Position numbers and translations under genes: made by a program
Notes under the pieces: generated by a model
Seen by the model: the letters and a program-made list of their open reading frames with translations, nothing else
Told to the model about the DNA's origin: nothing
Databases searched by the model: none
Source: a virus
Lineage: Duplodnaviria; Caudoviricetes
Length of the DNA stretch: 28,560 nt
Virus record (IMG/VR): IMGVR_UViG_3300006916_014236
Span: 1 to 28,560 of that record
Strand: one strand, 5' to 3'
Shown: positions 18,444 to 26,998 of the stretch, in pieces
Position numbering within the stretch: position 1 is the stretch's first letter
How the letters are laid out: the number at the start of each line of letters is the position of its first letter

Positions 18444-19236
18444 TTTTTATATTATCTAATAAGTTTTTATCAGGTGAAGAAAACCTCTCAACTTGTGCGA
18501 AGTTATATTTGATATAATCAAGTTTAGAATAATAATCTTCTATAGAAATTTGTTTTATAATATTAATAAGTTCAGGTATATTATTAAACGTATAAAAGCC
18601 TTTTTTATTAAACTTGTCCCCTATATACGGGTCACCGTAATATATAGGTATACATCCTGTTGCAAAACAATCAATAATCTTTTCAGTATAATAACCTGGA
18701 TATATACAATTTTCAACTACAATACTATATCTATAATCTTTGAAAGGATCTAAACGGTTATCAAATTTATTATAACCAGTACCCCATAAATCTATATCTG
18801 TTGTAATATTACGAACAATTTCATGACGTAATTTATGACCTACAGTCCATGTTTTATTAGAAGCCACAATAGATAAATTCTTAGTCTTAGAATAAACACT
18901 ACAATCTTGAATAGGTATCCAACACCCACCGAATTCTAACACACCTACTTTAGGATGAATAATCCTAGGATCACACAGATATATTTTATCAAAAATATCT
19001 ACTAAGGTTTCCCACTTTTCATATAAAGCAGGCTTGATCACCGGGCTTTCAAGTGCCCATGCAACTTTATATTTACTATCTATTTTGAGTGGTATATCAG
19101 TAAAACAAAATTCATCAGTAAACACAGTTACACCATCCCATTTACGCAAAGGTGGCTTAATATACTGTAAATCAAGCACAGGTCTAGTAGGGTTTGCATA
19201 ATTAGGAAAATTATTATCAAATAAATTAATTAACAT
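18424..19236 (-). CDS. GT10-like (alpha-1,3/4-fucosyltransferase-like) glycosyltransferase
   Basis: 'YRYSIVVENCIYPGYYTEKIIDCFATGCIPIYYG' fits the GT10 motif; N-terminal 'ESP'. Confidence 0.82.
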   Translation of the reverse strand: MLINLFDNNFPNYANPTRPVLDLQYIKPPLRKWDGVTVFTDEFCFTDIPLKIDSKYKVAWALESPVIKPALYEKWETLVDIFDKIYLCDPRIIHPKVGVLEFGGCWIPIQDCSVYSKTKNLSIVASNKTWTVGHKLRHEIVRNITTDIDLWGTGYNKFDNRLDPFKDYRYSIVVENCIYPGYYTEKIIDCFATGCIPIYYGDPYIGDKFNKKGFYTFNNIPELINIIKQISIEDYYSKLDYIKYNFAQVERFSSPDKNLLDNIKNDKLND

Positions 19237-20008
19237 TTAATTTTATCCATTCTAGCGGTAAATTTTCAAAGTTATCTTTTTTATCAGCATAAGCAGGTCC
19301 GAACCATGTTGTCGGTGCTACTACAATTTTATTAGGGTTACTGTTTAACCATGCTGCCCACCAGCTAAAAGAAGAGTTAGCAATAATATTATTACTACAC
19401 ATAGACATTAACCATAAGCTTTCTATATCGTTAGTATTTTCAACAAAAATACAATTATTATAATCAAAATTATTTTTACACCACTCTATATCGTCAGAGA
19501 ATATATAAATTTTACTATAATCCCTAATCCTTTTTAAGGCTCTAGTATAGTAACTTAAAGGTAAAACTGGGTGATAGTCTTGAAGCTTTAAATAATCTGT
19601 TCTTCTTACATGTATAGATACACTATTATTATCTATAAAATTTTTATCTATAAAATTTTTACTAGGCTTGAGGTTATTTTTTATAATATGAGAGATATTT
19701 TTAAAATATCTATAATTTTGCCAATAACCATCAAAAAAATACAAAAATTTAGAACTATAGTTAAAACTCTTGTACTGAAAATCATCTCGAACAATTTTTA
19801 TTTGTTTATTACAATTTGTATTACTAAAAAGTTGATATTTAATAAAAGGTAATTTATTTAAAGAAAACTCTCTAGGAGTAACCCCTATTTGATTATTATA
19901 AAAACTATTGTCTAAATATGTATCAATATTATGTTCCTCAAAAGCTTTGCTAAATGCCCATTGATAAAGCTGGTTACCTAACCCTCCTTGTAATTTAATT
20001 ACTACCAT
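19226..20008 (-). CDS. GT11 alpha-1,2-fucosyltransferase
   Basis: 'GGLGNQLYQ', 'GYWQ', 'HVRRTDY', 'FSDD', 'IIANSSFSWWAAWL'. Confidence 0.92.
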   Translation of the reverse strand: MVVIKLQGGLGNQLYQWAFSKAFEEHNIDTYLDNSFYNNQIGVTPREFSLNKLPFIKYQLFSNTNCNKQIKIVRDDFQYKSFNYSSKFLYFFDGYWQNYRYFKNISHIIKNNLKPSKNFIDKNFIDNNSVSIHVRRTDYLKLQDYHPVLPLSYYTRALKRIRDYSKIYIFSDDIEWCKNNFDYNNCIFVENTNDIESLWLMSMCSNNIIANSSFSWWAAWLNSNPNKIVVAPTTWFGPAYADKKDNFENLPLEWIKLNVN

Positions 20009-20013
20009 ACATT

Positions 20014-20940
20014 TTAAATTGTATTCAAAAATTTATCAATATAGTCTCTATCTATATAATCTGAACTTTCAACTGTATTGTAAGCTGGGTGTATACAAAA
20101 ACCATTTCGTACAAAACCGAAATTCAAATTATGTCTATCTTTGTACTTATTGTATGGTACTTCATCAAATGCATCTACAAATAATGTTTTATCATTAACA
20201 ATATTTTTCCAATGTTCTGTTTTAGTAAAAAACAAATTGTTACAAAAATAAGGCCTGTTATGTTTTTCTATTCTAAAGTTATTTGTTTTTAAGAATTTGT
20301 CAATATAATGTTCACAAAAAATATTACATATTTCAGATTGAGCTAATCTAGACACTCTTACTGGGTGTATTCCTTTATAATGGTGATTAATCTCGGTAAC
20401 ATCCCTATAAAATGATTCATCCCATGAATGTCTCGTTTTATTAAGTGTAGAATAATCAGCTCCCCATATATTGGTTATATAAGTGTTCAAAAATATATCA
20501 TAAATATGTTTTTTGTGATGTTCATCAAATAAATCTTCTATAAAAAATTCAGTTGAAGGTATACCATTAGATAAAATAGGGCTTAATAAAAGGGTATCAG
20601 GATTATCATCTAAAAAATGAATATTCTCGATAAAATAATCCCATAATTGGCTAGTAATAAATACATCATCATCTATAGAGCACATATATTTACTATTATC
20701 ACATATACTTGTAGCATAGTGAATTTTATTCATGTAATCTGGTTTACCGAAATTAACACTTCTTCCTTTAATACCTAAATTTTCAATAATATCAGGATAT
20801 TTAGTTTCTTTAAAAGAGGACAAAATGTTCAAATAAATTTTGTTTTTATTTTCGCTTTTAATTTTACTTAGAGTTTCAAGAACTTTTTTAAAAAAAGGTA
20901 ATCTATGCGGATTATGTAATATTAAATTTAATTGTATCAT
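20014..20940 (-). CDS. Putative GT-A-fold glycosyltransferase
   Basis: 'YMNKI', 'CSIDDDVF', 'FDE', 'IHPAY'; operon context. Confidence 0.55.
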   Translation of the reverse strand: MIQLNLILHNPHRLPFFKKVLETLSKIKSENKNKIYLNILSSFKETKYPDIIENLGIKGRSVNFGKPDYMNKIHYATSICDNSKYMCSIDDDVFITSQLWDYFIENIHFLDDNPDTLLLSPILSNGIPSTEFFIEDLFDEHHKKHIYDIFLNTYITNIWGADYSTLNKTRHSWDESFYRDVTEINHHYKGIHPVRVSRLAQSEICNIFCEHYIDKFLKTNNFRIEKHNRPYFCNNLFFTKTEHWKNIVNDKTLFVDAFDEVPYNKYKDRHNLNFGFVRNGFCIHPAYNTVESSDYIDRDYIDKFLNTI

Positions 20941-21614
20941 AGTTTTAAGTTATATAAAAATATATTTTCTTTTAAAGTAGTCTCATCAAAAGCTCTATCT
21001 TTATATTTTAGTAATTTTACTGAAGAACATCTATTCATTTTAAAATCAGTCTTAGTTCTAACTCTTTTTGACCATTCTACATCTTCTCCATATCCCCATG
21101 GCAGTCGATTATCCAAAGGGTTATCTAACATAAAAGATTTTTTACCTATCCAAAAAGCACCAGAAAAATACATAAGCTTAGATAAATGAGACATATCATA
21201 AGGAATTAAATAATGATTGTTATTAAGTATTGGATTACCATCTTCTGCCCATAAAGACCAATCTCTATAACGAGTATTATCAGAATTAAGTATCCTTGTC
21301 ATACATATATCAAACTCATTACCATAATCCAAAAAACCTTGATACCAATCTGGACTAAAACTAATATAGTCGTGTAAATAAACTATATTATTATAATTAG
21401 ATATATTTGTTATAATATTTTTTTTGATAGATATATCCCCTGAGGGATGAATATCATTATACTGAACAAACCTAGTATTGAAAGAATTAATATTTAAATT
21501 TTTTCCTACAACAATAATTTCATAATTAGGTATTTTCAAATTATGTATACTTTGTATACAATCTTTTATATGATCTGAATCACCGCCAGTAACTATTCCA
21601 AAAGTAAAATTCAT
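20937..21614 (-). CDS. GT2-like glycosyltransferase
   Basis: 'FTFGIVT', 'YEIIVVG', 'KKN', 'VYLHDY', 'GEDVEWS'. Confidence 0.75.
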   Translation of the reverse strand: MNFTFGIVTGGDSDHIKDCIQSIHNLKIPNYEIIVVGKNLNINSFNTRFVQYNDIHPSGDISIKKNIITNISNYNNIVYLHDYISFSPDWYQGFLDYGNEFDICMTRILNSDNTRYRDWSLWAEDGNPILNNNHYLIPYDMSHLSKLMYFSGAFWIGKKSFMLDNPLDNRLPWGYGEDVEWSKRVRTKTDFKMNRCSSVKLLKYKDRAFDETTLKENIFLYNLKL

Positions 21615-21617
21615 TAT

Positions 21618-22376
21618 TTAAAAATACATAACTATATTATTAGGGTGAGTTTTAGGATATTCATCAATAAAATTAATTTTTTTATTAAACAGATTAATTA
21701 ATTCGTTTTTAGTTAATGAATTAATATTAAATGCATCACTAATAAAATTAAGGATAAAATATCCGTGTTTACATTTTTCAATTATATTATTATAATAACT
21801 GACTTGTAAGTCTTTACAAATTTCAGAATATGCATAAGTACTAATAACTAAATCATACTCTTCAATATTGTTATCAACCTCGTCAATAGGTAATATCTTA
21901 ATATTAATATTATGTTCATTAAGATATTTTTTTGTTAGTGCTGAAGGTTCATCAAGATCAATAATAGTATAATCAATATTATTAAACATCTTATTTAAGA
22001 TTAAACACTGACCTCCATAACCACAACCTATTTCAATTATTTTTTTATTATTAAAATTTCCAAAAATTTTTGTAAAATCAACTAATGTCTTTACATACCT
22101 TAATGTAGTTGGAGATATATTACCTATATCAGGATACTCATATTTTACTGGACTGCCTATCTCATCATTTGAGATAAAATCTGTTTTTATTTTTTTATAA
22201 ATTATATCACTATATTTTTTTATATAATTAAGATATTTTAAACCATCTTCATAACTTACGTGTTCTAAAATTTCTTTATAAGATGGTTTTTGTTTAAACG
22301 TAGAAAAAATTTCATCATTTTCTACAGCTAATTTACAAATGTTTTTATATTCAAAAGTATCACTTATACTATTCAT
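21618..22376 (-). CDS. Putative sugar O-methyltransferase (class I SAM-dependent)
   Basis: 'ILEHV', 'IIEIGCGYGG', 'YTIIDL', 'DLVISTYAYSE'. Confidence 0.82.
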   Translation of the reverse strand: MNSISDTFEYKNICKLAVENDEIFSTFKQKPSYKEILEHVSYEDGLKYLNYIKKYSDIIYKKIKTDFISNDEIGSPVKYEYPDIGNISPTTLRYVKTLVDFTKIFGNFNNKKIIEIGCGYGGQCLILNKMFNNIDYTIIDLDEPSALTKKYLNEHNINIKILPIDEVDNNIEEYDLVISTYAYSEICKDLQVSYYNNIIEKCKHGYFILNFISDAFNINSLTKNELINLFNKKINFIDEYPKTHPNNIVMYF

Positions 22377-23109
22377 TTACAGTATTATATATAGGTTTGT
22401 TTTTTATATCTAAAGCGCACCGAACTTGATCATTCAAGTCTTTATGATGTTCATTTAATGGTATGTTATCTCTATATAAATATAAAGGAATAGAAATAAA
22501 CATGGTTTTAGATCTCCCAGCTAATTCTAAAATAGGCTTCATTATAGCTACATCTCCAGCGCTTGTATATAGTTTATTATTAATATCATAGAAACTTATT
22601 TTAGGATCAATATGTTTCCATAATTTAAGTTTAAAGGTTCTTAAATGGGAAAATATCCAGCCTACAGGAGAGATATATTCTGAAATGCTTATACCTTTTA
22701 TCCACGGTTTACATATACTCTTATTGCCTGTAGATGTAATATAATTACCGTAAGATACTAAGTGAGTTGAGTTTTTAATATATGCTTGAGCGATAAGACT
22801 AAAAACGTTAGGGTGCAAAAGTAGATCATCTCCATCAACGTGTACTATTACAGCATTAGGATTATATTTAAAAGATTCAATTGCTTTAATATGATTGGAA
22901 AGTGGACCTGTATTATGTTTATTTTGCAAAAATACAAATTTATTATTAATATTATTTTTTATAACCGATGATGTATTATCTGTTGAGCAATCATCAATTA
23001 TAACAACTTTATAATTTGTATATGTTTGAGACTTAATAGAGTCAATACATTGTTTTATATACGACTCACAATTATAGCAAAGTACTACTATGTAAAGTTC
23101 AAGATTCAT
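22369..23109 (-). CDS. Glycosyltransferase family 2
   Basis: 'VVLCYN', 'CIDSIKSQTY', 'IIDDCSTD', 'HVDGDD', 'LYLYR'. Confidence 0.9.
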   Translation of the reverse strand: MNLELYIVVLCYNCESYIKQCIDSIKSQTYTNYKVVIIDDCSTDNTSSVIKNNINNKFVFLQNKHNTGPLSNHIKAIESFKYNPNAVIVHVDGDDLLLHPNVFSLIAQAYIKNSTHLVSYGNYITSTGNKSICKPWIKGISISEYISPVGWIFSHLRTFKLKLWKHIDPKISFYDINNKLYTSAGDVAIMKPILELAGRSKTMFISIPLYLYRDNIPLNEHHKDLNDQVRCALDIKNKPIYNTVNE

Positions 23110-23917
23110 CTATAATATTTTTAGCAACAAATGTTCGTTCAAATTTATCTAGATTATCTTCTGTATGCCAATAAACTTTATTAATTTTACCTTTATCAGT
23201 TACATCAAACTGTAATACTTTTTTACCTGATAATAAACCTTCAATACTTGTACGACCTAAGAATATACCTGAAACAATATCACATTTTTTGTAAAAATCT
23301 TCTACGTGCCATTGAGGCTGTATACTTTGAAAGTTTTTATGTTGAAGATTATAATCATCTCTACCTACATGTAGTATTTTAAAGTTTTGTTTTTCAGATA
23401 AATCAAATAAATACCTCATGACATTTACTCTAAGATAATCTATACTACCTGGAAATAGAACTACTTTATTTTTTATATCTAATTTACGATTTCTAATAGG
23501 ATTAAATCTACTAAAATCAAACGGATTATAAATAAGATCACATTTGATATCAAACTTTTCTACTATAGATGGTCTAATACCTACATATTTAGTAACTCTC
23601 TTATCGAGAATAGGTTGTTCGAGATCTAAAACTTCTGAGTGTATTATATTAATAAAAGATTCACTCTTTATATTTTTAAGATAATCCCACATAACTATAC
23701 CATGTGAAAAAATAACTTTATCGAAATTTCTATTTTTAATATCTTCTTTATTTAGAAATGTAATGTTATTAGTTTTATCCTGTAAAGGTTCACCTGTAAA
23801 TCTTGAAAATACAGACACTTGATGGCCTAAGTCTTGTAATGCAGTAGCGAGCTCATAGAAATATATTTCTGAACCTGTGAAATTCTTAAAACTAAGACAA
23901 CTAAGTAAAATATTCAT
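23099..23917 (-). CDS. GT-B-fold (GT4-like) glycosyltransferase
   Basis: 'FTGSEIYFYELATALQDLGHQV', 'IYNPFDFSRF', 'GRTSIEGL'. ATG 23917 overlaps the thyX stop (ATGA). Confidence 0.75.
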   Translation of the reverse strand: MNILLSCLSFKNFTGSEIYFYELATALQDLGHQVSVFSRFTGEPLQDKTNNITFLNKEDIKNRNFDKVIFSHGIVMWDYLKNIKSESFINIIHSEVLDLEQPILDKRVTKYVGIRPSIVEKFDIKCDLIYNPFDFSRFNPIRNRKLDIKNKVVLFPGSIDYLRVNVMRYLFDLSEKQNFKILHVGRDDYNLQHKNFQSIQPQWHVEDFYKKCDIVSGIFLGRTSIEGLLSGKKVLQFDVTDKGKINKVYWHTEDNLDKFERTFVAKNIIDES

Positions 23918-24555
23918 GACCAACCTAATGCTTCTGCAGTACTTGAAAAATTATTTACAAAAACATCTTTACATTTCAATGCAATATCTCTATGTTCTTT
24001 TTGAGTATCTTCTTTAGAGCGAAGATCAATATAATGAATCCATGATCTAATAGAGCCTTTCATATACATAGTAGTTTCAGTACATAGAGGTAAAACCATA
24101 CGAGCACACTCCTTAGCAACACCTTTGTCAATTAAGCTATTGTACACAAGTTCTGCAGTATGAATATAATCATCAATTGCTTCTTGATGTTCTGTTTCGA
24201 GGATATGAGTTTCATCTCCGACCTGTCTATTAGTCTTGCCTTGTAATCTCCATTCTATATTTTCGAAAGATGTAACATTACTATACCGCTGACTAAATTC
24301 TTGGAAAGAAAACGATCGATGTCTGAGTATCTGCGCTGCAATAGCTCGAGAGGTTTTTATTTCAACGCATAGGTCTACCATTTCAAAAGGAGACCAATGT
24401 TTATGTTTAATTAAATAGCTTAAAAGTTTCGGTGCGGTTTTAGTATTATGTTGATTTGAAGGATTAGAAACCCGAGCACAATATGCAATAAGATCTTCAG
24501 GTGTTTTGATGTTATTTATGGTTGGATGAGTGATTGAAACTAAATTAACTTCCAT
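23914..24555 (-). CDS. thyX: Flavin-dependent thymidylate synthase
   Basis: 'AYCARVS', 'HWSPFE', 'RHRSFSFQEFSQRY' (ThyX RHRX7S), 'ECARMVLP', 'TQKEH'. Start at ATG 24555 is preferred over TTG 24588. Confidence 0.95.
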   Translation of the reverse strand: MEVNLVSITHPTINNIKTPEDLIAYCARVSNPSNQHNTKTAPKLLSYLIKHKHWSPFEMVDLCVEIKTSRAIAAQILRHRSFSFQEFSQRYSNVTSFENIEWRLQGKTNRQVGDETHILETEHQEAIDDYIHTAELVYNSLIDKGVAKECARMVLPLCTETTMYMKGSIRSWIHYIDLRSKEDTQKEHRDIALKCKDVFVNNFSSTAEALGWS

Positions 24556-24561
24556 ATAATT

Positions 24562-24588
24562 ATTATAAGATACTTTGTAATAAATCAA
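24562..24588 (-). promoter_or_regulatory. sigma70-like promoter TTGATT-N15-TATAAT for thyX
   Basis: -35 at 24588-24583 and -10 at 24567-24562, 6 nt before ATG 24555. The spacer is short. Confidence 0.5.
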
Positions 24589-24594
24589 TAAATA
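24588..24594 (+). promoter_or_regulatory. Late-promoter-like ATAAATA upstream of phoH
   Basis: 12 nt before ATG 24607 in the divergent gap. Confidence 0.4.
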
Positions 24595-24606
24595 ATTATA
24601 ACAATT

Positions 24607-25356
24607 ATGCCGAAAGCAAAACGGGAACCTAAAAAGCCTTCACGGGCTTCAAGGGATATAGAGGAACGAATTCATAAAAATTATTTTACGAATTTCGAAA
24701 TTAACCAAGAGTTTGAACTCAATGATGTTCATAAATCCTTCCTAGAACTAGCATTAGATAAACGAACAAAAGTATCAATGATTGATGGACCTGCTGGTTC
24801 AGGTAAAACATATCTATCTGTACTTGCTGCTCTTCAGTGTCTCAAAAATCACTACGTAGATGAAATAGTTTATGTAAGAAGTATAGTAGAATCTGCATCA
24901 AAAAGCTTAGGTTCTCTCCCAGGGGAAGCTGATGAAAAGTTTTTACCATGGATGTACCCCTTGTTTGATAAATTACAGGAATTACTTACAGAATCAACAG
25001 CTAAAAATTTAATCGCAGAAGATATAGTAAGAGGTATACCGGTTAATTTTGTACGCGGAGCTACATTTAGAAATTGTTGCGTTATAGTTGATGAAGCACA
25101 AAACTTAACATTACCAGAAATAATAACCATATTAACGCGAATTGGTAATAATTGTAAATATTTTATTGTAGGAGATAAGAGACAAGCAGATATAGGTAGT
25201 AAGTCTGGCTTTAGTAAGGTGTTCGATTTATTTAGCGACTATATATCAGAAAGAAAGGGCATTTTTACATACGAATTTACCTCAATGGAGGTTGTACGAA
25301 GTGAGATACTTAAGTATATAGTAGAAAAACTAGAAGAATTACATATGAAACCGTAA
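24607..25356 (+). CDS. phoH: PhoH-like ATPase
   Basis: 'GPAGSGKT', 'LGSLPG', 'RGATF', 'IVDEAQN', 'TRIG', 'GD..QAD'. Confidence 0.93.
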   Translation: MPKAKREPKKPSRASRDIEERIHKNYFTNFEINQEFELNDVHKSFLELALDKRTKVSMIDGPAGSGKTYLSVLAALQCLKNHYVDEIVYVRSIVESASKSLGSLPGEADEKFLPWMYPLFDKLQELLTESTAKNLIAEDIVRGIPVNFVRGATFRNCCVIVDEAQNLTLPEIITILTRIGNNCKYFIVGDKRQADIGSKSGFSKVFDLFSDYISERKGIFTYEFTSMEVVRSEILKYIVEKLEELHMKP

Positions 25357-25527
25357 AGCTTTTGCTAATCTACTATGGAGACTCTTTTTTTGTTCTCCAC
25401 TTTCAACTAGTCTAGAATATTCTTTTCTAAATGCCTCAACGAACTCTTTAGATAGTTCGAGATTACGAGGATAGAACATTCGTGTCTTTAACGTTAAATA
25501 ACCTTCACATAGCTCGTCATATTTCAT
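25339..25527 (-). CDS. Small hypothetical protein (62 aa)
   Basis: ATG start with TAAATA 5 nt upstream (25538-25533); fills the gap between phoH and the kinase gene. Confidence 0.65.
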   Translation of the reverse strand: MKYDELCEGYLTLKTRMFYPRNLELSKEFVEAFRKEYSRLVESGEQKKSLHSRLAKALRFHM

Positions 25528-25538
25528 TTAATTATTTA

Positions 25539-26216
25539 TTAAACCCCGAACGCTTTTTTAATTTTTTCCATTTCTTCAAGCTCTTGAGGTGTAATAATAT
25601 TACCCGGTTCTATAAAATCTCCGTCATCATCGAGATACATTTTTATTAATTCAATACGCTCTTTTCTGTTACCAAAAACCTCGACAATACCCGGGCGGTC
25701 TCCTTCAGAAAAGAAGGTAGATTTTGGATTATTCATATAATCTCTATGTACGGCTTTGAACAGATTGTCAATTTCTTGTATATAATCTTCATTTGTATCT
25801 CTTAGTTCGTCTTCAACGACCTGTACTGGAGCTACTTTGGTAATGGGTGTAAAAAATATAATATCTAAAAATCGAAGAGTTTCTCCGATCAAAGGCATAC
25901 ATTTTTTTATAAATTCATGATCAATATCAGATTCTTTTTTTTGTTCAGCCCATATACTGTATATGATATTGTCAAGAGGACAGCGATCAAATATAATTTT
26001 ATCCCCTTTAGAAGTTTTTTGAAGTTCATCAATCATGAAGTTCAAAATTTCCCACTGAGTATCTTTATTAGTAACGGAAGAATGGCTTAAGCTCTTTTCA
26101 ACAATTACATCTCTATATGTCTTGGTAGGGGTTGTATACATAGGCCACTGATCCAAGAAATCTTTGATTAAAGTACTCTTACCCTGACATGCTGTTCCAC
26201 TAATCGCTATCCTCAT
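25539..26216 (-). CDS. P-loop nucleotide kinase-like ATPase (AAA_28/NadR-like)
   Basis: 'MRIAISGTACQGKSTL' Walker A at the N-terminus and 'IIFDRCPLD', typical of the NMP-kinase fold. Confidence 0.8.
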   Translation of the reverse strand: MRIAISGTACQGKSTLIKDFLDQWPMYTTPTKTYRDVIVEKSLSHSSVTNKDTQWEILNFMIDELQKTSKGDKIIFDRCPLDNIIYSIWAEQKKESDIDHEFIKKCMPLIGETLRFLDIIFFTPITKVAPVQVVEDELRDTNEDYIQEIDNLFKAVHRDYMNNPKSTFFSEGDRPGIVEVFGNRKERIELIKMYLDDDGDFIEPGNIITPQELEEMEKIKKAFGV

Positions 26217-26222
26217 TAGTTA

Positions 26223-26249
26223 TATTTACTTATAATATTAAACTTTCAA
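26223..26249 (-). promoter_or_regulatory. Promoter-like TTGAAA-N15-TAAATA upstream of the kinase gene
   Basis: TTGAAA at 26249-26244 and TAAATA at 26228-26223, 6 nt before ATG 26216. Confidence 0.45.
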
Positions 26250-26996
26250 GGCTTTATCCCATATAACTAATTGTAATCTTGGACTAAAATTGAAATAATG
26301 TTTTTTAGCTAATTCCGCTACCATACTACTAACTTCAGAATGTTCTTGTCTACTACCACAACAAGGCATTAACCATACTCTACCCGGAGCAATATCAAAA
26401 CAATCAACATACTTATCAAGCACTTCTTCCATATCCTTTTCTGTCTTGATAACAAACTTAAAACCAGATCCTTTAGAAGCATGCCATTCAAGTACTTCAG
26501 GAATATATCTTTTATTATCTGGGTCTCCATTAGAAGAAAGTTTAGGAGATGTAGTGAATGTAGCTTTAATGTTACCAGCTAACCATTTAGCGCTAGGTTT
26601 GAGAGTAGCATTAGTTTCAAAATCAATACGCGGGACCCAGCTCCATCGCAAAAACAAGTAATCTATAAACCTAAGAAGCTTAGTTTGTTGAATGAGAGGT
26701 TCTCCACCTGTAATTTTGAATATAGCACCATTAAGTAAATGATTTTTATAGCCACTTTCTTCAAGAAATTTAACTATCTCTTCAAAAGACATTTTATTTT
26801 TTATACTCCAAGATACAAAACTATCACACCCATGTGGTGAGTCCGCGGAAGCAAAACCCTTACATGTAAGGTTACACATAGATAATCTCATAAAAACAGA
26901 TGGCTGTCCTATAAATTCACCCTCTCCTTCAATAGTATAAAAGATCTTATCATCAGATAAGAAAAGTTCATTTGATCCTATAGATTCGTTGCTCAT
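26238..26996 (-). CDS. queE: 7-carboxy-7-deazaguanine synthase (radical SAM)
   Basis: 'FYTIEGEG', 'VFMRL', 'CNLTC..CDS', 'ITGGEP', 'ETNAT', 'SPKL', 'FKFV', 'WLMP', 'SPRLQ'; adjacent to queD and folE. Confidence 0.9.
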   Translation of the reverse strand: MSNESIGSNELFLSDDKIFYTIEGEGEFIGQPSVFMRLSMCNLTCKGFASADSPHGCDSFVSWSIKNKMSFEEIVKFLEESGYKNHLLNGAIFKITGGEPLIQQTKLLRFIDYLFLRWSWVPRIDFETNATLKPSAKWLAGNIKATFTTSPKLSSNGDPDNKRYIPEVLEWHASKGSGFKFVIKTEKDMEEVLDKYVDCFDIAPGRVWLMPCCGSRQEHSEVSSMVAELAKKHYFNFSPRLQLVIWDKALKV

Positions 26997-26998
26997 AA

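Noticed and set aside
1-23917. Ordinary bacterial O-antigen or capsule locus
   Set aside because: No flippase, polymerase, chain-length regulator, exporter or initiating transferase is present, strands are mixed, and the flanking genes are phage-like. It cannot be fully excluded without the rest of the contig.
24556-24588. Extended thyX N-terminus from TTG 24588 (similarly the track starts at 5219, 7168, 23923 and 28487)
   Set aside because: TTG 24588 is the promoter -35 element. ATG 24555, 5234, 7174 and 23917 fit motifs and overlaps better, and the 28487 frame is open to the window end.
6228-26661. Short antisense ORFs from the track: 6228-6425, 14052-14243, 16038-16418, 17356-17574, 18493-18753, 19610-19852, 20932-21189, 24870-25130, 26446-26661
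   Set aside because: All lie opposite well-supported genes and show no recognisable motifs. They are shadow ORFs.
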